NCBI GenBank assembly: GCA_050330955.1
Contig: JBHJHJ010000022.1
Location: forward strand, 117-64,116
Length of the DNA stretch: 64,000 bases
Direction: 5' to 3'
Origin: Elainellaceae cyanobacterium
Lineage (GTDB): Bacteria; Cyanobacteriota; Cyanobacteriia; CAKZMO01
In this document: positions 9,826-19,685 of the stretch, one piece after another
How positions within the stretch are numbered: the stretch's first letter is position 1
How the letters are laid out: each line of letters begins with the position of its first letter
Position numbers and translations under genes: made by a program
The notes under the pieces: generated by a model
Told to the model about the DNA's origin: nothing
Databases searched by the model: none
The model's input: only the letters and a program-made list of their open reading frames with translations

Positions 9826-10740
9826 ATGGAGACAACTGCCCTACAACCTGACAATTTATCTGCCCCTGACCCAGATACGGCAGACCAGGGCGTTGGCCGC
9901 AGCACTCTAGCTGCTCCCGTGGAACAGACGGGCGTGGGCCTACATTCCGGCATTGAAAGTCGCGTTCGCATCTGCCCTGCCCCCCCCGCTAGCGGACGCG
10001 TTTTTGTTCGAGTAGATCAGCCTGACTCCCCCGAGATTCCAGCTCGAGTGGACTTCGTTATTGGAACGCAGCTCTCCACAGAGCTTGGGATTGGGAAGGC
10101 CACCGTGCGCACGGTGGAGCATCTTCTAGCTGCCCTAGTCGGCATGGGGATCGAGGATGCCCGCATCGAAATCGACGGCCCGGAGGTTCCGCTCTTAGAC
10201 GGTTCTGCCCGTCTCTGGGCTGAGGCGATCGCCTCAGCAGGGCGAGTGCAGCAAGGCGAGCAGACCAAGCAGGCCGGCTGGTCCCTAGACCACCCGGTCC
10301 ACCTCCAAGACGGCGAAGCCTGGCTGGCGGCATTTCCCGCCCCCCAGCGCCGCTTCACCTACGGTATCGACTTCGCGGTGCCCGCCATTGGCAACCAGTG
10401 GCACAGCTGGAGCCCGGATCAAGAGCCGTTTGAGCAGGCGATCGCCCCCGCCCGCACCTTTGCCCTTGCCCACCAAGTTGAGCAACTGCGGCAGCACGGT
10501 CTCATCCGGGGAGGAAGTCTGGACAATGCCCTGGTGTGCGACGAGACAGGCTGGCTAAACCCGCCCCTGAGGTTTTCAAATGAACCAGCGCGTCATAAAC
10601 TTTTAGACTTAGTGGGAGACATGAGCCTGATTGGCGCACTGCCTCGGGCGCACGTCATTGCCTACAGAGCCAGCCACAGGCTGCATGTCCAATTTGCGCA
10701 ACAGCTTGCGGTCAGCGCCGCTTGTTTCAGTGCGCGGTAG
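9826..10740 (+). CDS. lpxC: UDP-3-O-acyl-N-acetylglucosamine deacetylase
   Basis: [25 protein letters not shown] and [30 protein letters not shown] are LpxC hallmarks. Confidence 0.9.
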   Translation: METTALQPDNLSAPDPDTADQGVGRSTLAAPVEQTGVGLHSGIESRVRICPAPPASGRVFVRVDQPDSPEIPARVDFVIGTQLSTELGIGKATVRTVEHLLAALVGMGIEDARIEIDGPEVPLLDGSARLWAEAIASAGRVQQGEQTKQAGWSLDHPVHLQDGEAWLAAFPAPQRRFTYGIDFAVPAIGNQWHSWSPDQEPFEQAIAPARTFALAHQVEQLRQHGLIRGGSLDNALVCDETGWLNPPLRFSNEPARHKLLDLVGDMSLIGALPRAHVIAYRASHRLHVQFAQQLAVSAACFSAR

Positions 10741-10780
10741 AACACCGCTGTATAACATATCGTTTTAATTCCCTAAATCT

Positions 10781-11329
10781 ATGTCTACACTGACCGACGC
10801 TCACGCATCTGCAAATCAGCTCGACCACGTCCAGAAGGATGAGGCTCGGTCCGACAATACTCAGTCTAAGGCGGCTCAGCAAGACTGCTCCAGGCAGCCC
10901 ATTTTAACGATCGAGGAAATCCAAAAGCTGCTGCCCCATCGCTACCCCTTTTCACTCGTCGACCGGATCATTGACTACATCCCCGGCGAGCGAGCGGTCG
11001 GTCTCAAGAATGTCACCTTCAATGAGCCTCACTTCCAGGGCCATTTTCCGGGGCGGCCCATCATGCCAGGGGTGCTTATCATTGAGGCAATGGCGCAGGT
11101 GGGGGGCATCGTTCTGACGCAGCTGCCCGATGTGCCGGAAGGGCTGCTGATGTTTGCGGGCATTGATAAGGTTCGTTTTCGTCGCCCGGTGGTTCCCGGC
11201 GATCAGCTGCTGATGACGGTGGATCTGCTTTCTGTAAAGCGGCGACGCTTTGGCAAGATGCAGGGGAAAGCCACGGTTGAGGGCCAGCTGGCGGCAGAGG
11301 GAGAATTGATGTTTTCGCTGGTTTACTGA
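10781..11329 (+). CDS. fabZ: 3-hydroxyacyl-ACP dehydratase FabZ
   Basis: [59 protein letters not shown]. Confidence 0.9.
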   Translation: MSTLTDAHASANQLDHVQKDEARSDNTQSKAAQQDCSRQPILTIEEIQKLLPHRYPFSLVDRIIDYIPGERAVGLKNVTFNEPHFQGHFPGRPIMPGVLIIEAMAQVGGIVLTQLPDVPEGLLMFAGIDKVRFRRPVVPGDQLLMTVDLLSVKRRRFGKMQGKATVEGQLAAEGELMFSLVY

Positions 11330-11380
11330 TCCGCGTACTGGTTTAACTACGTTGGCGTTACTGCTGCTGGAGCTAGAGTC

Positions 11381-12205
11381 TTGACCGCCTTGATCCACTC
11401 TACTGCCGTGATTCACCCTGGAGCACAGCTCCATCCGACGGTGCGGGTGGGTCCCTATGCAGTTATTGGAGAGCACGTCAAAATCGGCGCGGGCACGATG
11501 GTCGGGGCCCACGTCGTGATTGACGGCTGCACCGAGGTGGGCGATCGCAACGAGATTTTTCCGGGAGCTGCTATCGGGCTAGAGCCCCAGGATCTTAAAT
11601 ACGACGGCTCCATCAGCCTGGTTAAAATTGGCCACGAAAACCGCATTCGCGAATACGTCACCATCAACCGAGCCACCCAGTCTGGGGAGGCCACGGTGAT
11701 TGGTGACGGCAACTTGCTGATGGCCTACGTCCACGTTGCCCACAACTGCCTGCTGGAAAACCACGTCGTGATTGCCAACGCCGTCTCCCTGGCGGGGCAT
11801 GTCCACATCGAATCTAGGGCAGTCATCGGCGGCATGACCGGCATTCACCAGTTCGTTCAGGTGGGCCAGTTAGCCATGGTGGGGGGAATGGCCCGGGTGG
11901 ACCGCGACGTGCCCCCGTTCATGCTAGTGGAGGGCAATCCCTGCCGCATTCGGGCCCTGAACCAGGTGGGGCTGCGCCGCGCTGGCCTAACCCAGGGCGA
12001 CGCAGGGCACTTCCAGGGCCTCAAGCAAGCCTATCGCCTCCTCTACCGCTCGAACTTCACCTTTGAGGAAGCCGTAGAGCAGCTCACTGGGCTGGAGGGC
12101 TACGAAGCGAGTTCGGTGCTTCAGCACCTCCATCAATTTTTAGTTCTCAGCCGGGACGAAAGGCGCCGAGGGCTGACACCGGGCCGCACAGGGGGACCCC
12201 AGTAG
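11381..12205 (+). CDS. lpxA: Acyl-ACP--UDP-N-acetylglucosamine O-acyltransferase
   Basis: Left-handed beta-helix hexapeptide repeats: IHPGAQLHPTVRVGPYAVIGEHVKIGAGTMVGAHVVIDG. About 270 aa. Non-ATG (TTG) start as given by the track. Confidence 0.9.
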   Translation: MTALIHSTAVIHPGAQLHPTVRVGPYAVIGEHVKIGAGTMVGAHVVIDGCTEVGDRNEIFPGAAIGLEPQDLKYDGSISLVKIGHENRIREYVTINRATQSGEATVIGDGNLLMAYVHVAHNCLLENHVVIANAVSLAGHVHIESRAVIGGMTGIHQFVQVGQLAMVGGMARVDRDVPPFMLVEGNPCRIRALNQVGLRRAGLTQGDAGHFQGLKQAYRLLYRSNFTFEEAVEQLTGLEGYEASSVLQHLHQFLVLSRDERRRGLTPGRTGGPQ

Positions 12206-12221
12206 AGGCTCATATCGCGCC

Positions 12222-13436
12222 ATGACTTACTCGCCACAAGGTTACTCGCCACAGCATCCTTACCAACAGCGCCCGTCGAAGCGAATTCTGATCAGCACAG
12301 GAGAGGTCTCTGGAGATCTCCAGGGGGCGCTGCTCATTGAGGCGTTGAAGCGCCAGGCAGCAGTGTCAGACCTCAAACTAGAAATCGTAGCCCTGGGGGG
12401 CGATCGCATGGCCCAGGCGGGGGCTTCCCTGCTGGCCCACACCAGTGGCATTGGTTCGGTGGGGCTGGTGGAGTCCTTGCCTTTTGTGCTGCCTACGCTG
12501 CAGATTCAGCGGCGGGTTAAGCGTTACCTGAGCCAGCACGCGGTGGACGCTGTAGTGCTGCTGGACTATATGGGGCCTAACCTCAAGCTGGGGACCTATC
12601 TCAAGCGGTCTCAGCCTGCCCTACCCCTGATTTACTACATCGCGCCTCAGGAGTGGGTTTGGTCTATCGGCTCAGGCAACACGGCAAAATTGGTCAAAGC
12701 CACCGACCGGCTGCTGGCTATTTTCCCAGAAGAGGCCCGCTACTACCGCAGCCACGGCGCCGATGTCACCTGGGTGGGGCACCCTATTGTCGATCACGTC
12801 CTAAACTACCCCTCCCGCAGCCAGGCCCGGCGGCAGCTTGGGCTGCCAGAAGACGCGCGGGCGATCGCCTTGCTGCCCGCCTCTCGCCGCCAAGAGCTCA
12901 CCTATTTAGCCCCCGTAATTTTTGAGACGGCGGCTCGGCTGCAGGCCGCTCAGAGCGACTTGACCTTTTGGGTGCCCCTGTCCCTGGCCCGCTATCGCCC
13001 CCAGCTCGAAGCCATGATTGACCGCTACGGTCTGCAGGCGACCCGAGTGGAGCACCAGCCCCAGGTGGTGATTGCCGCTGCGGACCTGGCCATCTGCAAG
13101 TCCGGCACGGTGAACCTGGAGACGGCGCTGATGGATGTGCCGCAGCTCGTGCTCTACCGCGTCAACCCCCTTACCTTCTGGGTGGCCCGCCACCTGCTCA
13201 GGTTCTCGATTCCCTTTATGTCTCCGGCTAATCTGGCACTGATGGAGCCCATCGTGCCTGAGTTCTTGCAGGGTGATGCGACGGCGGACAAGCTCACCGC
13301 TGCCGCTCTGGACCTGCTGCAAAATGACGCACACCGGCAGCGGATGCGTCAGGACTATGGGCGGATGCGTCAGGCTTTAGGCGAACCTGGGGCCTGCGAT
13401 CGCGCCGCTGCTGCAATTTTGGCCTACATGACGTAG
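12222..13436 (+). CDS. lpxB: Lipid-A-disaccharide synthase
   Basis: ILISTGEVSGDLQGALLIEALK N-terminus. About 400 aa. Position after lpxA. Confidence 0.9.
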   Translation: MTYSPQGYSPQHPYQQRPSKRILISTGEVSGDLQGALLIEALKRQAAVSDLKLEIVALGGDRMAQAGASLLAHTSGIGSVGLVESLPFVLPTLQIQRRVKRYLSQHAVDAVVLLDYMGPNLKLGTYLKRSQPALPLIYYIAPQEWVWSIGSGNTAKLVKATDRLLAIFPEEARYYRSHGADVTWVGHPIVDHVLNYPSRSQARRQLGLPEDARAIALLPASRRQELTYLAPVIFETAARLQAAQSDLTFWVPLSLARYRPQLEAMIDRYGLQATRVEHQPQVVIAAADLAICKSGTVNLETALMDVPQLVLYRVNPLTFWVARHLLRFSIPFMSPANLALMEPIVPEFLQGDATADKLTAAALDLLQNDAHRQRMRQDYGRMRQALGEPGACDRAAAAILAYMT

Positions 13437-13467
13437 GCCGCTGTAGCCTCCGTGCTACCTTATTCCC

Positions 13468-14202
13468 ATGAACGTACACCAGTCGACTATCTCCCAGCAC
13501 ATCCCGGTTAAACTACTCCGCGTTGACAGCGCCGCTGCTCTGCCTCAAGCACTAGACGCCGCGGGGCTTGAGCGATCGCGGCCTACCCTCGTTATCATTG
13601 GGGGCGCGAGCAAGCTCAGGGATGCCGATTTTGCCAAAGTCGAGCGGCTGTTTGTTGAGGTCCTTACCCCTCTGGCTGAGGCGAAACGGCTCAACGTGGT
13701 TGACGGCGGCACCGACGCCGGAGTTATGCGGCTCATTGGCCAAGCACGGGCGGCTGCAAACGGCACCTTTCCCCTCATTGGGGTGGCTCCCGTCGGCCTT
13801 GTCGACCTGCCAGAATATCGATCTAACGGGGCGATGTCAGCGGATGTCAGCCCCTTGGAGCCCCACCATACCCACTGTCTGCTAGTGCCGGGGCACGATT
13901 GGGGCGATGAATCTGCCTGGATTGCATTGGTGGCGACCCATCTAGCCGGAACCGCCGGATCTGCAGCGGTGTTGATTAATGGGGGAGAAATCACCTGGAA
14001 GGACGCTGCTGCTAACGCGCTAGCCGGGCGAGATATTGTGGTCGTGGCTGGGAGTGGCCGCACGGCAGATCTAATTGCAGCCGCCCACGGTGGCTCTCCA
14101 TCTGACCCGCGAGCCGCATCTTTGCTCGCCTCAAATCACATCCAGATCATCGACTTAGCCTACCCCCAGCAGCTTGAAGCGGCGCTGAGTGCGCTGCTTT
14201 AA
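13468..14202 (+). CDS. Standalone SLOG-domain protein of the TRPM type (LSDAT-like), predicted nucleotide-ligand-binding Rossmann fold
   Basis: Motifs in order: VIIGGASKL, VVDGGTDAGVMRLIGQA, PLIGVAPVGLV, HHTHCLLVPGHDWGDES, LINGGEIT, VVVAGSGRTADLIA. These parallel, in the same order, the TRPM2 N-terminal MHR1/SLOG motifs as I recall them from memory. Confidence 0.6.
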   Translation: MNVHQSTISQHIPVKLLRVDSAAALPQALDAAGLERSRPTLVIIGGASKLRDADFAKVERLFVEVLTPLAEAKRLNVVDGGTDAGVMRLIGQARAAANGTFPLIGVAPVGLVDLPEYRSNGAMSADVSPLEPHHTHCLLVPGHDWGDESAWIALVATHLAGTAGSAAVLINGGEITWKDAAANALAGRDIVVVAGSGRTADLIAAAHGGSPSDPRAASLLASNHIQIIDLAYPQQLEAALSALL

Positions 14203-14221
14203 AACTCTCCAAAAGAAGATT

Positions 14222-14569
14222 TCAAGAGTCCGGTTTCTGACGGCTTTCTCTCAGGCGCTGACCTGCCTCAAACTCTTCGCTCGCCCGCGTGAACGTCATC
14301 TTAAAGTCTTGCCACACGTCTTCCATACCCGCTTGCAAATCCTCTAGCAGGGTGTCGTCTGTTTCGTTAAGCTGTTCAAGCTTAAGCTCGACGGCTTTGC
14401 GTTTGACGTGAAGCGCATCCAAATAACTCTGGTACGTTGAGGCCTCTTCTAAGTCCTCAGCGCTAAGCTGGGCGATTTGCTGCGTGAGCAATTCAATCTT
14501 TTGGTCAAACTGGAGCAGATCAGCCCGGAGGAGATCGGGGTGTCGATCAGACGCTGAGCTATCTTTCAT
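14222..14569 (-). CDS. Hypothetical coiled-coil protein
   Basis: 115-aa ORF, heptad-rich (QKIELLTQQIAQLSAEDLEE...). Coding-like third-position GC bias. Confidence 0.45.
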   Translation of the reverse strand: MKDSSASDRHPDLLRADLLQFDQKIELLTQQIAQLSAEDLEEASTYQSYLDALHVKRKAVELKLEQLNETDDTLLEDLQAGMEDVWQDFKMTFTRASEEFEAGQRLRESRQKPDS

Positions 14570-14673
14570 AGGGAGCCGCCTGTATAACGGTAAAGTTTGG
14601 GCAGAGCCAAAGCGATATGGAGCGATCGCAAACTCCGGCAGGCTGGGGCTTCCATGGGGCGTGAATAACCAGC

Positions 14674-14886
14674 TTACTGAGCCTCATCCAAGACATCATC
14701 CACCACTTCGGAAAAGGTCGCAACATCCACCCCCATGGACTCGCAGGCCTCTTTCAAAGCCTGCTCGAAACGACTGACATCCTCTCCATATCCACAGCTT
14801 GTCGCTGCCGCGGCCACGCCGCGTCTGGCGTTAGCCCTTGCGCACGACACCAGCTCTGGACCTGTTAAGGGTTGTGATGCGGACAT
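14674..14886 (-). CDS. Hypothetical small protein (70 aa)
   Basis: Open frame with a plausible composition (MSASQPLTGPELVSCARANARRG...). No recognisable domain. Confidence 0.3.
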   Translation of the reverse strand: MSASQPLTGPELVSCARANARRGVAAAATSCGYGEDVSRFEQALKEACESMGVDVATFSEVVDDVLDEAQ

Positions 14887-15022
14887 TTGATTCCTTAAAA
14901 GCGTAAATTTAGGCGTTTTGACAGCCGCCCGTGTAGGCGTTCTGAACCGCTAGCTAATAGCATAGCAGCGAATTAAGCCCCAGTGTGCTCGGGCAATAAG
15001 CGCGATTATGCAATAAGCGTAA

Positions 15023-15967
15023 TTATGCAATAAACAATAGACAAACGCCGACCAGGGCTGTAATCGCCCCCAGAATAGCCCTAGAGCTGACGCGATCGCC
15101 CAGCAGCAGGGCAATAGGAATCACAAACAGCGGACTGGTGGCACCAATGGCCTGAGCAACGCCCGTCGCGGTATATTTAAGCGCCGTCTGCTGCAGCCAG
15201 ATGGCCAGAAACGTGCTAGCAAACGCCGTCGCGATAACTATCACAATTAATCGGGGCGATCGCAGAGCCTTAAACCTGCCGGGCTGGGGGCGCGCCCCTA
15301 GCCAAAGCGTGAGCACAGCGCAGCCCCCTACCAGGCGAATCAAGCTGCTCCAAAGGGGCGGAACGGCGGTGTCTGCTAGGGCCGCCCGTGAGAGAACCGC
15401 TCCGCTGGCCTGGGCTAGGGCCGCCAAGCTGCCGAATCCGATGCCGCGCAGCAGCAGGAATTTCGCGACATCGTTCTCTGGAGGTCTGGACGTCTGCAGG
15501 TCTGGGGCGATCGCAGCAGCAGTAACCTGAGGCGGCGTGCGCTCAACCACAACCCAAGCGACCCCGCTGACGGTCAGCAGAATGCCCCAGTAGGCCAAGG
15601 TTGGCAGTCGCTCCCCCAAAGCCAGCCAAGCAATTAGGGCCGCCAGCGGTGGGGCAAGGGCCTCTAGCAATAGACCCCGCCGCGCCCCGAGGCAGTTCAG
15701 ACTCTCAAAAAAGGCGGTATCACCCAGGCCGATGCCGACGGCGCCACTAAGGGCTAGCAGCCCTACTGAGGGCCAATTCAGGTCGGGCGATTGCCGCCCC
15801 GCTAGGGTCACGAGGGTAAAGCCAATGGCGGCTAGGCCTTTGAGCAGGTTAAGGGGCAGTGGGGGAATTTGCTGCCCTATGCCTGCGTAGACCGTGGAAG
15901 TTAGGGCCCAGATTAGGGCGGCAAAGAGGGCGGCCAGCTCGCCACGAATTGAAATGATGCTATCCAT
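15023..15967 (-). CDS. DMT superfamily (EamA-like) transporter
   Basis: About 10 TM helices. EamA-like N-terminus AALFAALIWALTSTVYAGIG. Start chosen at the internal MDSIISIRG. Confidence 0.75.
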   Translation of the reverse strand: MDSIISIRGELAALFAALIWALTSTVYAGIGQQIPPLPLNLLKGLAAIGFTLVTLAGRQSPDLNWPSVGLLALSGAVGIGLGDTAFFESLNCLGARRGLLLEALAPPLAALIAWLALGERLPTLAYWGILLTVSGVAWVVVERTPPQVTAAAIAPDLQTSRPPENDVAKFLLLRGIGFGSLAALAQASGAVLSRAALADTAVPPLWSSLIRLVGGCAVLTLWLGARPQPGRFKALRSPRLIVIVIATAFASTFLAIWLQQTALKYTATGVAQAIGATSPLFVIPIALLLGDRVSSRAILGAITALVGVCLLFIA

Positions 15968-16007
15968 GTGGGTCACGCTAGCATGACCCAAGCCATATCA
16001 ACCTACA

Positions 16008-17534
16008 TCAAAGCTCTAGCTTATCTAGCAGGGCCGCTGTGTCTTGGGGCGAGACCAAAGAATTGGCGCAGAGGATGCCGGAGGCCGCGACTGCCGGAAC
16101 GCCAATGCCGGGGAGCGTGCTGTCTCCCACGCGGTAAAGGCCGCGCACCGGCGTGTGGAAATTGGGGAAAAGGCCGTCTTGAGCGGCGATCGCCGGCCCG
16201 TAGGTGCCCTGGTGGCGGCGCAGATAGTGGGCGTGGGTGAGGGGGGTGCCGCTCAGCTCTAGCACGATGCGCGATCGCACATCGGGAATCACCCGCTCTA
16301 GAGCACGGTACAGGGGCTCGGCCCGCTGGCGCTTGCGAGCGTCATAGCTTTCATCCCGCCGCCAGTCTGCATAGGGCTCTAGGGTATAGGCGTGCACCAC
16401 GTGGCATCCCTCAGGGGCGAGGCTTGGGTCCCATACCGAGGGAATGGAGATCATGCAGGTGTGTCCTGGGCGGGTTAGATCGCTGTCGTGGACCACCACG
16501 TGGTGCCCCGTCAGTCCGTCTAGCCCCTCAGCGCGGATGCCGAGGTGGAGGTGCATAAAGCTGTGAATGGCGGGGGTTTGCAGCGACGCTTGGCGGAAGG
16601 ACGGGGGCAGGTCCTCTGCAGGCAAGAGCTGGCCGTAGGTGTCCCATATCGTAGCGTTAGAAATCACGGCGGGGGCGCTGAGGCGGCCACCGTCGCGCAA
16701 GAGAACTCCCGTGGCCCGTCCCGCTGTGGTGAGGATCTTATCCACGTGGCTATTGAGCCGCAGTTCACCGCCCCAGCGCTCTAGCCCCTGCACCAAGGCC
16801 CGAACAATGGCGCCGCTGCCGCCAATGGGATAGTCGATGACCGAGCGGGTGCGCTCGCCGAGCATAAAGGCCACCTCGGGGGCGATGGTGCCGCTGGCGG
16901 TTAGCCCGGAGAGCAAAAAGCACTCCAGGTCCACCAGCCGCCGCACCCAAGGGTCCTGCACAGTGCGATCTAGAATGTCCCCCACAGACCCCTGAATTAC
17001 CAGGAGCTGGGGCAGCAGCTTGAGCAGGGACCCGCCATAGCGACCCAGCAGCAGGGGCAATGCTTTGAGGTCAGCCCGCAGCGCCAGGGTCGGAATGGGG
17101 CGCAGGGCCTCGTAGAGCTGCAGCAGCCTCGCTTCAAAGGTGGCCAGCTCCGCAGCACCTGAGGGAGAGAACTGGGCCACGGCGCTGCGGTAGCGATCGC
17201 TGTCGCCGTATACAGGCAGCGTCCCGTCGGGAAAGTGGTAGTGTCCCAGGGGGTCGTAAGCCACCGTTGGTAGCGCTACCCCTAGGGCGTCGAAAACCTG
17301 CCGCAGCGGGTTGAGGGAAGGATGGCAGGCGCTGTCCCCCACGTTACCCAGCCCGCAGTAAAACGAGGGACCTGAGTCAAAGTGGAAGCCTCGGCGGCAA
17401 AAGCTGTGGGCCGCGCCGCCGGGAATGCTGTGACTCTCGCACAGGATTACCCGCCAGCCATAGCGGGCCAGCAGGGCTGCGGTCACCAGCCCGCCGATGC
17501 CGCTCCCAATGATAATGGCGTCTGCGTCGGTCAT
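16008..17534 (-). CDS. Phytoene-desaturase-family FAD-dependent oxidoreductase (CrtI/CrtH/CrtD-like)
   Basis: Dinucleotide-binding N-terminus DAIIIGSGIGGLVTAALLARYGWRVILCESHSIPGGAAHSF. About 500 aa, typical of carotenoid isomerases and desaturases. Confidence 0.75.
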   Translation of the reverse strand: MTDADAIIIGSGIGGLVTAALLARYGWRVILCESHSIPGGAAHSFCRRGFHFDSGPSFYCGLGNVGDSACHPSLNPLRQVFDALGVALPTVAYDPLGHYHFPDGTLPVYGDSDRYRSAVAQFSPSGAAELATFEARLLQLYEALRPIPTLALRADLKALPLLLGRYGGSLLKLLPQLLVIQGSVGDILDRTVQDPWVRRLVDLECFLLSGLTASGTIAPEVAFMLGERTRSVIDYPIGGSGAIVRALVQGLERWGGELRLNSHVDKILTTAGRATGVLLRDGGRLSAPAVISNATIWDTYGQLLPAEDLPPSFRQASLQTPAIHSFMHLHLGIRAEGLDGLTGHHVVVHDSDLTRPGHTCMISIPSVWDPSLAPEGCHVVHAYTLEPYADWRRDESYDARKRQRAEPLYRALERVIPDVRSRIVLELSGTPLTHAHYLRRHQGTYGPAIAAQDGLFPNFHTPVRGLYRVGDSTLPGIGVPAVAASGILCANSLVSPQDTAALLDKLEL

Positions 17535-17857
17535 AGAATGCTATTCGAATTGGCCTGTGAGCAGTTCATAAACATATCCCCTTAGCGCCGACTGGACAAA
17601 GGTAACTGAGATACCCTAGTACAAGTAATTACTGCAGCTCTTTCTCGATTACGTGGCTCAACTGCCAGACGTTTCCAAAATTCTAGGTTTGGGGCCTGTA
17701 AATATATTAGGGCTGCAATCTTTAATTAGAGCTGTCGCCCATGTCGAGCGTCGTTCGTGACGCCAGTCTACCGGCTCAACGCTATGTTCAGGTGTATCTG
17801 CCCTTTAAAATCCGTGTCTGCGGTGACGTTAACCTGTGACTAGCGCTCCTTCAAATC

Positions 17858-19381
17858 ATGGCATCTCTAAGCTTTTCTCTGCAGCAGAATCCCGTTTTTC
17901 GTACGTTGACGCGGCTACTCTACCGCCGGACGATCTCCCTCCTGACTCTCCTCCTGATAGCGGGCTCCGTGGCCGCCCTGTGGAACATGTCCCGTCTCTC
18001 CACAACCTTGATGAAGGCCCAAGCGATTCAGAATTCGCGAATGTACGTACAGGCACTCCAAGAGGCGCGAACGTATTACAGCGCACGCGTCCTTAAGTCT
18101 GTTAAAGACGTCGATGGGGTTGAGATCCACCACGACCAGGCAGAGAAGCCCAATTCTATCCCGGTACCGGCGACCTACCTGATCGACCTCAGTCATCGCT
18201 TGACGACCCAAACCGACATGACCACCGTCAGGTTATACAGCGACAAGCCTTTTCCCTGGCGTGAGGATGGTGGTGCCCATGACGAGTTCGAGCGGGAAGC
18301 ACTAGCGGTGCTCATGCAAGCTCCAGAAGCGCCGTTCTACCGTTTCGAAAATATGGCTGGAGAGCGCTACATTCGCTACGCCGTTGCCGATGTGCTGAAG
18401 CCGAGCTGCGTTGAATGCCACAACAGGCCCGACAGCCCCAAACCCAGCAACAATCCCGAAGCGGGATGGAAGGCCGGCGATGTTCGGGGCGTTTTGGAAA
18501 TTATTACGCCGCTGTCAGACTTCGCGCAGCAGGCGCAGCAGCGCATCAAAAGTACTGGCATTACCTTGACAATCCTGTTTGGATTAGCGGTGGCGGGGCT
18601 GGTGCTGGTGATTGGACGTCTGAGGAACGTCTCCCGTGAGCTAGAGCAGCAGGTGCAAAATCGCACCGCTGATTTGCGGAAAGCCAACCGCCAGCTTGAG
18701 CGAGAGCGACGGAAGTCGGAAAACCTGCTGCTCAATATCTTGCCCCCTTCCATTGCGGCGAGGCTCAAAGCGGGCCACCGCGAGATTGCCGATGGCTTTG
18801 CCGACGCTACGGTGCTGTTTGCCGACCTGGTTAACTTTACCCAGCTTGCCGAGACGCGATCGCCCCACGAACTGGTCCAGCTCCTCAACACCATCTTCTC
18901 GGCTTTTGACGCGCTTACCGAGCGCTTCGGACTAGAAAAAATTAAGACCATCGGCGATGCCTACATGGTGGTAGGGGGGCTTCCCGTGCCCCGACCGGAC
19001 CACGCTGAGGCGATCGCCGAGCTGGCCCTAGCAATGCAGCAGGAAGTTAAGCGGCTTTGTAGGCAGACTGGGGAGTCCATTGAGATCAGAATTGGGATCA
19101 ACACTGGCCCTGTGACAGCGGGCGTGATTGGCACGAAGAAATTCATCTACGATCTTTGGGGTGATACGGTTAATGTCGCAAGCCGCATGGAGTCCCACGG
19201 CCTTGCTGGGGCGATTCAGGTCAGTGAGACAACCTATGAGCGCCTGCGGCATCGATACCAATTCAGCGTCCGGCGAAACGTCTCTGTCAAAGGGAAGGGC
19301 GCGATGACAACCTACGTGCTGACGGAGAACCGTCAGCACACCAACATGCAGAGTCGTTCTGTCCCGGTGAGTCAGTCCTGA
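17858..19381 (+). CDS. Class III adenylate/guanylate cyclase with a periplasmic CXXCH haem-c-type sensor domain (Tll0287-like / DUF3365) between two TM helices
   Basis: TM1 (ISLLTLLLIAGSVAALW), periplasmic domain carrying CVECH (nt 18407-18421), TM2 (ITLTILFGLAVAGLVLVIG), a coiled-coil linker, then the cyclase motifs ATVLFADLVNFT, KTIGDAYMVVGG and WGDTVNVASRMES. Confidence 0.85.
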   Translation: MASLSFSLQQNPVFRTLTRLLYRRTISLLTLLLIAGSVAALWNMSRLSTTLMKAQAIQNSRMYVQALQEARTYYSARVLKSVKDVDGVEIHHDQAEKPNSIPVPATYLIDLSHRLTTQTDMTTVRLYSDKPFPWREDGGAHDEFEREALAVLMQAPEAPFYRFENMAGERYIRYAVADVLKPSCVECHNRPDSPKPSNNPEAGWKAGDVRGVLEIITPLSDFAQQAQQRIKSTGITLTILFGLAVAGLVLVIGRLRNVSRELEQQVQNRTADLRKANRQLERERRKSENLLLNILPPSIAARLKAGHREIADGFADATVLFADLVNFTQLAETRSPHELVQLLNTIFSAFDALTERFGLEKIKTIGDAYMVVGGLPVPRPDHAEAIAELALAMQQEVKRLCRQTGESIEIRIGINTGPVTAGVIGTKKFIYDLWGDTVNVASRMESHGLAGAIQVSETTYERLRHRYQFSVRRNVSVKGKGAMTTYVLTENRQHTNMQSRSVPVSQS

Positions 19382-19473
19382 GCAATGTTAACTTTTGTTA
19401 AAAGAGCGGCGGGGGGTATGACCCCTCATGGGTGAAGTGCCCTATTATGTTTTCAGATGCACCCTGATGGTTG

Positions 19474-19506
19474 GGAGGGCCACTTGTGGCTCTCCTTTTT
19501 TTTTTG
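19474..19506 (+). terminator. Putative intrinsic terminator downstream of the cyclase gene
   Basis: Imperfect stem GGAGGGCC / GGCTCTCC (7 of 8 bp) with a 6-nt loop, followed by an 11-nt T run. Confidence 0.35.
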
Positions 19507-19685
19507 AAAATTTTCCATGAGCCGAACCCATCGCATTGATTCTGGTGCCTATGCAGTATCGGTCGAATAGAAGCGCTGCTTGTGCCAGGACCTCGCTATG
19601 ATGTGTAGTACTACTTTTCGTCGTAGACAGCGCCGTAGACAGCCCGTCCCGACCGCCTTATCCCTGCCCAATTTTTGAGTGTGCC

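Noticed and set aside
10952-11512. 186-aa minus-strand ORF spanning fabZ/lpxA
   Set aside because: Overlaps two strongly supported genes and crosses their intergenic gap. Low-complexity translation.
13545-14063. 172-aa minus-strand ORF antisense to the SLOG-domain gene
   Set aside because: The plus-strand frame carries an ordered series of SLOG motifs. The minus frame is Ala/Pro/Ser-rich low complexity.
14887-15022. Imperfect tandem AATAAGCG(C/T)(G)ATTATGCAAT units in the intergenic region
   Set aside because: Only 2.5 degenerate copies in a short spacer between convergent and divergent genes. Too weak to call a repeat element.
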